The notes under the pieces: generated by a model
Told to the model about the DNA's origin: nothing
Database searches by the model: none
The model's input: only the letters and a program-made list of their open reading frames with translations
Made by a program: the position numbers and the translations under genes
NCBI GenBank assembly: GCA_005799025.1
Contig: SYHX01000055.1
Coordinates: forward strand, 21,641 to 85,640
Reading direction: 5' to 3'
Source of the DNA: Bacteroidota bacterium
GTDB lineage: Bacteria > Bacteroidota > Bacteroidia > UBA7662
Length of the DNA stretch: 64,000 nucleotides
Part shown: positions 9,293 through 17,683 of the stretch, one piece after another
How positions within the stretch are numbered: the stretch's first letter is position 1
How the letters are laid out: each line of letters opens with the position of its first letter

Positions 9293-10312
9293 TTAACGGT
9301 ACAATACCTGCAGCAAGGTCTGACCGACTGCTTTGAGTGTACGCTTCGAAACGATATCCACCTTATCGGCCCGGGTATGCCAATGGGGCGGAAATCCTGT
9401 GGAGCCCTCCGATCGTAAGTCGATAATATCCACCATAGGAATCCCTGCAATGGTATTGACGTAATAATGATCGTCGGTAACTGGCTGACAAGGAACGGAA
9501 ACAAATAAATCTCCATAGCCTAGGGCCTGGGCATTTTGCCAAATTTGTCGGGTCCATTCCGGGGCAAATTGCAAGGAATGCCCCTCCCAGCAAAACCGAG
9601 CATCCACCGCCCCCACCATATCCAACAAAATTCCTTTGGCGGCCCTGTAGCCAGCCGCATGAGGATGCTTGGACCAATATTGGGCTCCAATTCCGTAGGA
9701 ATCCTTGACCTCAGACGCTCCGTAATCTTCCAAATCAAAAAAAACCAAGTCTATCCCCATATCCTTGGGCAATGAATCCAGGTGCCTGCTCAGTTCCAAC
9801 AAAACCGCTACCCCTGAAGCGCCATCGTTCGCTCCATCAAATGTTGCTTTGGGCGTAGCCGGATCCATATCGGCCAAGGGTCGTGTGTCCCAATGGGCCG
9901 CAAGAACCAAACGTTTTTCGGCCTTAGGGTGCAGCGAAGCAATCAGGTTGCGAAGTTCAAAAGTCTTCCCGTCATGCATGGTTAAGCGGTCTTTCTGTTC
10001 AATGACTTGAAGTCCGCGTTGTTTCAAGATTTGGACCATCCAATCCCCGCAATCTCGGTGAGCCTTGGTGCCCGGGATTCGAGGGCCAAATGCAACCTGC
10101 CTTTCAACCCAAGCCAATGCTGAATCTCCTTGAAAATCAGGAACTAAAACCGAGGAAATTTCGCTGGGAAGGGGCTGAGAATCCAGCTCGTTCCCCTTCT
10201 CCTCCCAGCGGCAACTTTGCATAAGAGCAATGCCCACGAAAACAGATAGTAAGAGAATTCTGCGCGCTGGTCTTCTATGGAAACCCGGGATTTTCAAAAC
10301 AAAAAAAATCAT
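9293..10312 (-). CDS. M28 family zinc peptidase (aminopeptidase / glutaminyl-cyclase-like) lipoprotein
   Basis: It carries the motifs LAAHWDTRPLAD, FDGANDGASGVAVLLELSRHL and DLVFFDLEDYG. The likely start is the internal ATG at 10312, which gives a lipoprotein-type signal (MIFFVLK...GIALMQSC) and avoids overlap with the cysS 3' end. Confidence 0.8.
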   Translation of the reverse strand: MIFFVLKIPGFHRRPARRILLLSVFVGIALMQSCRWEEKGNELDSQPLPSEISSVLVPDFQGDSALAWVERQVAFGPRIPGTKAHRDCGDWMVQILKQRGLQVIEQKDRLTMHDGKTFELRNLIASLHPKAEKRLVLAAHWDTRPLADMDPATPKATFDGANDGASGVAVLLELSRHLDSLPKDMGIDLVFFDLEDYGASEVKDSYGIGAQYWSKHPHAAGYRAAKGILLDMVGAVDARFCWEGHSLQFAPEWTRQIWQNAQALGYGDLFVSVPCQPVTDDHYYVNTIAGIPMVDIIDLRSEGSTGFPPHWHTRADKVDIVSKRTLKAVGQTLLQVLYR

Positions 10313-10349
10313 TGCTAGAAACGATACTATTTTACGTTTTCGATTGCGT

Positions 10350-11942
10350 TCAACCCAATGACCACTGACTGCCTTCCTTGCCATCCATCACCTTGATTCC
10401 AGCTTCGTTGAGTGCATTACGAATCAAATCGCTTTGAGCCCAGTTTTTGGAGTCTTTGGCTTGTTGCCTCAAATCCAAAATCAATTTCATGGCAGCTTCC
10501 AAAGCAGGGCTTAAGGAAGCGTCGCAACCTTGATCCGATAAATCGAATCCAAGTATATCCGTAACGTACACTTTGACCGTTCCTACAAGAGCATTCCAAT
10601 CGTCTGGAGTAACCACGGTTTTCCCCGATTTCACGGACTGAAATTCATTCAACAATTCATACCCCAAGGCGATCAAGATTGGTGTGTTAAGGTCATCGTT
10701 CAAGGCGGCGTAAGCTTTGGCTTCAAAAACTGTAATGTTCAAAATACTGCCAGAGTTATCTGCAATCTCCTTCCCCGCAACCGAAGGAGCATCGTTATGC
10801 AATGCTGATGCCGTAGGAGTGTAAGCTATCAACTCTTGAAGGCCTTGGATCCAACGCTTATAACCTTTGGCCGAAGCAGAGAGCGCCCCATCACTGAAAT
10901 CCAAAGTGCTGCGATATTGCGCTTGTAGGATAAAGAAACGAATACTCATAGGATCATAGGCCTGCGATAGCAATGGATGGTTGCCATTAAACAAATCGTC
11001 CAAATTGATGAAATTACCCAAAGACTTACCCATCTTCTGACCATTGATGGTCACCATATTGTTATGAACCCAATATCGGCAAGGAGCGCAGTCATGGCAA
11101 GCCGTCGTTTGAGCCATTTCACTTTCGTGGTGAGGAAAGAGCAAATCCATGCCGCCTCCGTGAATATCAAAAGGCGCATCCAAATACTTCACCCCCATTG
11201 CCGAGCATTCGATATGCCATCCCGGGAATCCAGGTCCCCACGGCGAATTCCAACGCATGATATGCTGCGGCTCAGCATTCTTCCACAGCGCAAAGTCTTC
11301 GGGCTTACGCTTCTCGGACTGACCCGCCAAGGCCCTGCGTTCGTTCCCTGCCCCTGCAACCAATTCATCCACCACTCTTCCGGACAAGACCCCGTATGGA
11401 AATTTAGCGCGGTAGGCTTCCAGATCGAAGTAAACCGACCCAGTGGACTCGTAAGCAAAACCTTTACGAATAAGCTCTTCGATCATTTCGATTTGTTCTG
11501 GGATATGCCCAGAGGCTCTTGGTTCTATCGATGGAGGCTGATTGCCTAACAAATCCATCGCTTTGTGAAAAGCAAGGGTGTAGAGCTGAACCAATTCCAT
11601 GGGCTCAAGCCTCTCCAAACGGGCTCTTTGGGCGATCTTATCCTCACCCTCGTCAGCATCGTCCACCAAATGCCCTACGTCCGTGATATTACGAACATAA
11701 CGGACCTTGTAACCCAAATGCCTCAGGTATCTGCTTAACACATCAAAAGTCACGTAGGGTCGGGCATGCCCCAAATGAGGTGGGCCGTAAACCGTTGGAC
11801 CGCAAACATACATTCCAACATGCGGAGCCTTCAAGGCCATAAAGGGCTCCTTGGTTCTACTCAATGTATTGTAAAGATGCAATGTTCCTATCTTCAGAGT
11901 TGTTCCCTTGGCTGGCGATTCAGAAAATGCAAATTGACTCAT
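10350..11942 (-). CDS. cysS: Cysteine--tRNA ligase
   Basis: Class I aaRS HIGH motif (PHLGHARPYV), KMSKS motif (KMGKSLGN), and MYVCGPTVYG near the N-terminus. Length is 530 aa. Confidence 0.95.
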   Translation of the reverse strand: MSQFAFSESPAKGTTLKIGTLHLYNTLSRTKEPFMALKAPHVGMYVCGPTVYGPPHLGHARPYVTFDVLSRYLRHLGYKVRYVRNITDVGHLVDDADEGEDKIAQRARLERLEPMELVQLYTLAFHKAMDLLGNQPPSIEPRASGHIPEQIEMIEELIRKGFAYESTGSVYFDLEAYRAKFPYGVLSGRVVDELVAGAGNERRALAGQSEKRKPEDFALWKNAEPQHIMRWNSPWGPGFPGWHIECSAMGVKYLDAPFDIHGGGMDLLFPHHESEMAQTTACHDCAPCRYWVHNNMVTINGQKMGKSLGNFINLDDLFNGNHPLLSQAYDPMSIRFFILQAQYRSTLDFSDGALSASAKGYKRWIQGLQELIAYTPTASALHNDAPSVAGKEIADNSGSILNITVFEAKAYAALNDDLNTPILIALGYELLNEFQSVKSGKTVVTPDDWNALVGTVKVYVTDILGFDLSDQGCDASLSPALEAAMKLILDLRQQAKDSKNWAQSDLIRNALNEAGIKVMDGKEGSQWSLG

Positions 11943-11971
11943 AATATATCAATTAGGGCAAAAATAGTCAT

Positions 11972-13243
11972 TTATCGACCCAGCACCGCCACCACAGGAT
12001 AGTGATCGGAGTAACAAAGCCGAACAACTTCATGTGCTAAAACTGGGAATCGTGGGTCAACCATAACATGATCGATCCGAAAACTCGGAAAACCACGGGC
12101 ATAGGTATTTCCATTCCCCTTGCCTCTACGCTCAAAACTGTCGTTCAACTTACTCTGAATGCGTTTGGCCGCAAAAGAATAAGGCAAATCATTGAAATCT
12201 CCGGTAATCAATACAGGATAGGGAGACTCCTCCATGAATACCCTGATTTGATCCGATTGCTCAGCGCGGAGTCTTGCGCTTGAGGCAATTTTACGAAGAA
12301 TCCCTTTTACAGTCTTTTGGGAACTATCACTTTTCAAATCCAAGGCCTGAACAGGACTTAATTCTGGGGGAGAAATTCGATTGGAAGCCAAATGAACATT
12401 CAACCAACGAAGGGTATCTCTGGCCATGAGAATATCAGCCCACATCATACCCGTATTATGGCCACGTTCGCCTAAGTTCTGATATCCATGATTCATTACT
12501 GGCCATCGGGTTAGCATCACCATGCCTCCTACCCATGACCTAAAATGTCCAGATCCTTCCTGGACATGATCCTTAAACTTAAGGTGTATAAGGCGAGACT
12601 CAGCAGATAATGAGGCATCCAATGAATACAAAAAAGGCCGGCGCTTCGCATCTTGACCAAGTAAGGTGTAACCTCGCAATCTAGGATGAAGCATTAAACT
12701 TCTTAATACATCAGGCCTACTTGGCTCCCAGCTGATAAAGTCCTGCAATCCAACAAAATCAGGTTGAACCACGTCCAAAAGTTTAATAAAAAAATCCCTT
12801 GAAGAAGAAATGGACTTAGGCGTTTCCTCTTGAGGATTATCATTATTGAAGTTACCCACATTGTAGGAAATTATTTTCCAGTTTCTCTGTGAGTCGAAAG
12901 GAGGCTTTTGAAAATCGGCTTGGACCAAAGCGCGGGTATAAGGCGTTAAATATGAATGCCATGGCCATTTCCAATATACAGAATGCACTTGAAATCCCAA
13001 GGCGATAACGACGAAGGAAATCCAAAATCGATGATTCTTTCGAACCAACCATAACACCGAACTAATAATCAATCCTGTGAGCAAAGGATAGTACAGAAAG
13101 CCCGCTAAGGCTAAGGGAGCAAACCAGCGCGGATCCAGCCAAGGGATAGCATAAACTCCGAGCATCGCCAAGGCCAAGAGTAGGTTAATTCCTGTCAGGG
13201 TTGCACGCAGGCTTCTCCATAGGAAATTTGCTTGAGGTCTCAT
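11972..13243 (-). CDS. Endonuclease/exonuclease/phosphatase (EEP) family protein with N-terminal transmembrane region
   Basis: About three N-terminal TM helices precede an EEP fold with WKIISYNVGNF at the start of the catalytic domain and SDHYPVVAVL at the C-terminus. The start ATG overlaps the stop of the upstream rhomboid gene (ATGA). Confidence 0.75.
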   Translation of the reverse strand: MRPQANFLWRSLRATLTGINLLLALAMLGVYAIPWLDPRWFAPLALAGFLYYPLLTGLIISSVLWLVRKNHRFWISFVVIALGFQVHSVYWKWPWHSYLTPYTRALVQADFQKPPFDSQRNWKIISYNVGNFNNDNPQEETPKSISSSRDFFIKLLDVVQPDFVGLQDFISWEPSRPDVLRSLMLHPRLRGYTLLGQDAKRRPFLYSLDASLSAESRLIHLKFKDHVQEGSGHFRSWVGGMVMLTRWPVMNHGYQNLGERGHNTGMMWADILMARDTLRWLNVHLASNRISPPELSPVQALDLKSDSSQKTVKGILRKIASSARLRAEQSDQIRVFMEESPYPVLITGDFNDLPYSFAAKRIQSKLNDSFERRGKGNGNTYARGFPSFRIDHVMVDPRFPVLAHEVVRLCYSDHYPVVAVLGR

Positions 13244-14070
13244 AAACGATGGTGCTGATCAAGCCATTGCTTCTCGCTTGCTTTCAAAGAATTAAATCCG
13301 CTTTTCGAAATTTTATCCAATAAACGATCGGTTTCAGATTGAATAAAATTGGAGTTCTTGGATTCTACTCTTATTGATTGACTTTTGGATCCTAAATTCC
13401 AGGAAAAAAGCTGGAATTGACCCTGCAAATGGCGCAAATAACCGTACCCCCACAAAGCCCCTCCGAGGTGGGCCCAATGCCCGCCAGAATTAGCCAAAAA
13501 CAAACCCGTAACATCATATAATAACAAAGCTACCCCTAACCAACGCAAACGAATAGGCAAGATTCCAAACAATCGAACCTCAAAATCTGGAGCCAGCAAT
13601 ACCGAAGCCCAGAAAAATGCCATCACCGCTGCTGATGCTCCAATTAAAGGTGGGGCATTCGCGGATTGTTCAATCCCCCCTGCGAGCCACCACCTTGACA
13701 GCCCTGTACCCAACCAGAACAACAAGGCCCCTGCCAATGCACCACCTCCATAAAACATCAAAATCACCCTTTGTCCCAAAAAACCAACCAAAAAATGAGC
13801 GGCCCAATACAACAAAAGCATATTCCACAACAAATGCCACAATCCTTGATGGCTCACCGAGTAAGTGAACAACGTCCACGGCTTCCAAAGGCATTGAAGC
13901 GGATAAGCCGGCAACGCCATCCAGCTCAGGATAAACGCCCTTGGATCGAACCAAGAGGATACCCACAGCACCATAAATACCAATACATTGACCGCTAACA
14001 AATGCTCAATCCGACCCCATCGATTCCATAGGTCTCTGGCCTCGTTCGCAAGGTGAGAAGCTCGATTCAT
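13240..14070 (-). CDS. Rhomboid family intramembrane serine protease
   Basis: Polytopic membrane protein with the Ser motif GASAAVMAFF and the His in AHLGGALWGY, plus a soluble C-terminal extension of about 60 aa. Confidence 0.8.
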   Translation of the reverse strand: MNRASHLANEARDLWNRWGRIEHLLAVNVLVFMVLWVSSWFDPRAFILSWMALPAYPLQCLWKPWTLFTYSVSHQGLWHLLWNMLLLYWAAHFLVGFLGQRVILMFYGGGALAGALLFWLGTGLSRWWLAGGIEQSANAPPLIGASAAVMAFFWASVLLAPDFEVRLFGILPIRLRWLGVALLLYDVTGLFLANSGGHWAHLGGALWGYGYLRHLQGQFQLFSWNLGSKSQSIRVESKNSNFIQSETDRLLDKISKSGFNSLKASEKQWLDQHHRL

Positions 14071-14789
14071 TCCCAGTGGCTATCCGATCGACCAAACCAA
14101 CGAACCATTGCAAAACCAAAAAGCATGCCGCCCAGATGAGCAAAATGAGCCACATTATCCGATGGATTGGCCTGGACCACAGCTAACAATTCAAAGGCCA
14201 CGTACATCACCGCCAGGTATTTAGCTTTGACCGGAACAAAGAAGAAAAGATAGAGATAATTGTTGGGAAACATAGTGGCGAAGGCGATCCATATTCCGGC
14301 AACAGCTCCGCTGGCACCAATAATATTAGGCCCGCTTAACAAATTTTCTTTTTCATTTTCCAAATCCAACAAGGTCCCTGCATTAGCCATCTTGATTTGA
14401 TCCTCAATCCGCAACAATTCTGGTCGTATATCCATCAAGAAAATGACCAAATAATGCAGAAAAGCAGCACCAACCCCTGCCACCAAATAAAAGGTCAAAA
14501 ACCGGGATGAGCCCCACACATTCTCAAGGATACTCCCGAACATCCAAAAGGAGAACATATTAAACAGCAAATGCTCAAAATTCCCGTGCATAAACAAGTG
14601 TGTCAAGGGCTGCCAATAGGCATAGGCCTTTGAACTAGGTAAATGCATTCCCAAAACCTCTATCAAGTCCATGCCAAGGCCCGTCTTTAACGCATAATTT
14701 CCTAGATAACAGAGACCGTTTATGATGACCATGTTTTTGACCACCGGAGGAAGGAATTCAAACCTTCCCGGGCTAATTGGATTGCTCAT
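14067..14789 (-). CDS. Rhomboid family intramembrane serine protease
   Basis: GASGAVAGIWIAF (Ser) and AHFAHLGGMLFGF (His). It forms a tandem with the downstream rhomboid, and its stop overlaps that gene's start (ATGA). Confidence 0.8.
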   Translation of the reverse strand: MSNPISPGRFEFLPPVVKNMVIINGLCYLGNYALKTGLGMDLIEVLGMHLPSSKAYAYWQPLTHLFMHGNFEHLLFNMFSFWMFGSILENVWGSSRFLTFYLVAGVGAAFLHYLVIFLMDIRPELLRIEDQIKMANAGTLLDLENEKENLLSGPNIIGASGAVAGIWIAFATMFPNNYLYLFFFVPVKAKYLAVMYVAFELLAVVQANPSDNVAHFAHLGGMLFGFAMVRWFGRSDSHWE

Positions 14790-14795
14790 GCGGAT

Positions 14796-16667
14796 TTAAT
14801 TTGTGATTAAGGGCTCAAAATTAGGGCCAAACAACGAATGAGGATGGACAACCTTCAAGACTGAACTACCATCGGTAGCATGGAGAGGTAATCCATCCTG
14901 TATTCTCTGGCGCACCACCAAGCCAATCTGTTTGGGAATGCCTTCATCGAGCAAAGAAGGAACCGATGCATTACCACGCCATCGCGCAAGGTGACCCAAG
15001 GTCTCCGACCTTTCGGGCAAATGACCTTCGGCAATGCAGGAGGACAGATACTCCAATAATTCAGAAACCTCTACCCATGAACTCCCCGCAGGGATTTCAA
15101 CCACATGAACCTCGCTGAATTGTTTGGAACTACGCGACGACTCTTGGTCCGGGAACATCGCTTCAAATTCCACACCAAGAGGCAAAGCGCAAGCCCTAAG
15201 TTCTTGAAAATCCAAATTCTGCGGTATGTTCCACCCTTGGGCATGTAATTTCAATCCACTTTGCGTTGGCCTGAAGATCCCATCCAAGTCCTTCAAGAGC
15301 CTTTCCGTTTTCAAAACACTGTGCAATGCCGGAACATTCACGATAAATAGCTCAAGATCGGACATGAACACCGCCCAACGTCCTCCAAGAATTCTTCCAT
15401 GATCCTCCCATTTGTGGTCCATGATCAAGTGCATCTGCGCTGTGGGCCATGGATCAGGATCCGGAGAAGCCTTCAAGAGACTTTGTGCATTCCAATAGGA
15501 TGCCGGGTCCGAAAAGGCCCTCGATGAACCTGAATCCTTATCAAAAGGATTGTATCGAGGATTCCACTGAACCTGCGGGGGCTGAATATGAGAAGGCGCA
15601 TTGGGGGCAATACCCCATGAGTCCGGTATTCTTTCTTTCTCAAAATCGAGAGAGGGCATCAATTGAAATTGACCCAAAGAACGTCGAACTGCTGCTTTGA
15701 GGATCGCGTAAATTCCTTTGTCTTCTTCAAATTTGACTTCAATTTTGGAAGGATGAACGTTCACGTCCATTTTGGAGGGATCCACCTCCAAATTCAAAAT
15801 AAAGGCCGGGAAATGCTGCGGAGGCAAAATGCCCTCCATCGCTGAACTTAAAGCATGTTGCAAGTAAGAATCTCTGAAATACCTTCCATTCACAAAGAAG
15901 TATTGTGCATACCTCGTCTTGCGGCATACGGATGGTTTGGCAACAAATCCATGTATACCAACAAGTTGCGTTTGCTCTTTCACGGGGACCACAGCGTCGG
16001 CAAAGGCTTCTCCCAACAACTGATGAATACGCTGCTTCAAATTAGCGGGCTTGAGGGAATAGATAATCTTGTCCTGGTGTTGTAACTCAAGTTGAAGTTC
16101 CGGTTTGGCCAAGGCTAATCGAATGAATTCATCTTCTAGGTTACGAAATTCTGTTTCGTCTTTTTTGAGAAAATTACGGCGGGCGGGAACGTTGAAGAAC
16201 AAGGAGCGTACCGAAATCCGGGTGCCCACAGAATGTGCAATTTCTCTTTGATCACGGACTTGCCCACCTTCGCATACCAGTGCGAAGCCGTGATCCTCTT
16301 CATTATGACGGCTGGCCAACTCCACTTGGGAGACAGCCGCTATCGAGGCCAAAGCTTCCCCTCTAAAACCGTAGGTCGCTAATCGCCTCAAATCGTCCCA
16401 TTCCGATATTTTGGAGGTGGCATGCCTCAAGAGTGCCTTGGTTGCCTGTGCGGCGCGAATACCTTTCCCGTTGTCCATGACCTCGATGAGGGTACGGCCT
16501 GCGTCGCGAATTGAAACCTTGATGCTGTTGGCCCCCGCATCTACTGAATTTTCAAGCAACTCTTTGAGCACCGAGGCCGGTCGCTGCACAACCTCCCCTG
16601 CGGCAATTTGGTTAATTACCCGATCAGGCAACAGATGTATTTCGTTCAAAAGTAACGCTTCAGCCAT
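14796..16667 (-). CDS. mutL: DNA mismatch repair protein MutL
   Basis: GHKL ATPase N-terminus: LPDRVINQIAAGEVVQRPASVLKELLENSVDAGA..IEVMDNGKGI. It has a C-terminal dimerisation domain and is 623 aa from the ATG at 16667. The longer track ORF from 16745 adds an unlikely 26-aa leader. Confidence 0.9.
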   Translation of the reverse strand: MAEALLLNEIHLLPDRVINQIAAGEVVQRPASVLKELLENSVDAGANSIKVSIRDAGRTLIEVMDNGKGIRAAQATKALLRHATSKISEWDDLRRLATYGFRGEALASIAAVSQVELASRHNEEDHGFALVCEGGQVRDQREIAHSVGTRISVRSLFFNVPARRNFLKKDETEFRNLEDEFIRLALAKPELQLELQHQDKIIYSLKPANLKQRIHQLLGEAFADAVVPVKEQTQLVGIHGFVAKPSVCRKTRYAQYFFVNGRYFRDSYLQHALSSAMEGILPPQHFPAFILNLEVDPSKMDVNVHPSKIEVKFEEDKGIYAILKAAVRRSLGQFQLMPSLDFEKERIPDSWGIAPNAPSHIQPPQVQWNPRYNPFDKDSGSSRAFSDPASYWNAQSLLKASPDPDPWPTAQMHLIMDHKWEDHGRILGGRWAVFMSDLELFIVNVPALHSVLKTERLLKDLDGIFRPTQSGLKLHAQGWNIPQNLDFQELRACALPLGVEFEAMFPDQESSRSSKQFSEVHVVEIPAGSSWVEVSELLEYLSSCIAEGHLPERSETLGHLARWRGNASVPSLLDEGIPKQIGLVVRQRIQDGLPLHATDGSSVLKVVHPHSLFGPNFEPLITN

Positions 16668-17111
16668 GGCTACCTTGGATTGGGTCGTGGGACTTGATGG
16701 ATGGCTTGTTGGGGCGAAACAGGCGCCATCCAACCCATCCTGCAAACAAAATCAAGGCATAAGAAATTTGCCGCCACTCGGAATTCCCAACCATGGCCCC
16801 GCTCAATCCAAGAATTGCAGCAAAAAGCCCCGCAAAACGCAAGCCTATTAGGTTGCGGGTTGCCCCTGTCTGGACCATGGTATTGCGTTTGAATCGTATC
16901 CTTTTGGTTACCAAAAGACCATCAACCCCGACAGTCGCCTCAGATTTGATCCCTTCTTTGGCGTACAAAGGCCTGTATGTGAATTTTTTGTGCCTAGGAG
17001 TTTTGAAAAATGAAACCAACATGCTCCACAAAGTTAAGGCCTGTGCGTGGAATGTAATTTTGAACTAATTTAGCGTTCCTTATAATCAAAGATTTTTCGT
17101 AAACTTTTCTT

Positions 17112-17660
17112 ATGAACCCTTTCTTTTCCTTACGCCTCCCGGTTTTCCAGACCCTGATGATTTTGCTATTCGGAGCAACCTTCTTTCTTCCACAAATTGC
17201 GAATTCGCAACCAGGTGGACTCAAAGTAGGCGAAAAAGCCCCCGAAATTATTCAAACCGGGGTTGATGGCAAAGACCTTAAATTAAGCAATCTCAAAGGC
17301 AAAATGGTCCTCATAGACTTCTGGGCTTCCTGGTGTCGGCCATGCCGCTACGAAAACCCCAATGTTGTCAAGGCCTACGAGTCCTTCAAAAATTCCAAAT
17401 TCAAATCTGGCGTAGGCTTTACGGTGTTCTCCGTGTCCCTCGATCAACAGAAAGACCCTTGGCTTCGGGCGATCACTGAAGACAAACTGGTTTGGAAAGA
17501 GCATGTATCGGACCTCAAAGGTTGGGGTAATGCCGCTGGCCAAATGTATGGGGTCACAGGCATCCCAATGAGCTATCTCATTGATGGAAATGGCGTGATT
17601 ATTGCCAAAAACCTTAGGGGAGCAGCATTAGAAGAGACTCTTAAGTTGCATTTGAAATAG
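17112..17660 (+). CDS. TlpA/ResA-like periplasmic thiol:disulfide oxidoreductase (thioredoxin fold)
   Basis: Signal peptide followed by LIDFWASWCRPCRYENP, which contains the thioredoxin WCxxC active site. Length is 182 aa. Confidence 0.85.
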   Translation: MNPFFSLRLPVFQTLMILLFGATFFLPQIANSQPGGLKVGEKAPEIIQTGVDGKDLKLSNLKGKMVLIDFWASWCRPCRYENPNVVKAYESFKNSKFKSGVGFTVFSVSLDQQKDPWLRAITEDKLVWKEHVSDLKGWGNAAGQMYGVTGIPMSYLIDGNGVIIAKNLRGAALEETLKLHLK

Positions 17661-17683
17661 AGGAAAATAAGTCCGGGGAAATT

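Noticed and set aside
9262-9516. Minus-strand ORF 9262-9516 overlapping the FtsK start and M28 peptidase end
   Set aside because: It is in a different frame from the M28 peptidase C-terminus, which has clear motifs and occupies this region. The ORF has no recognisable features.
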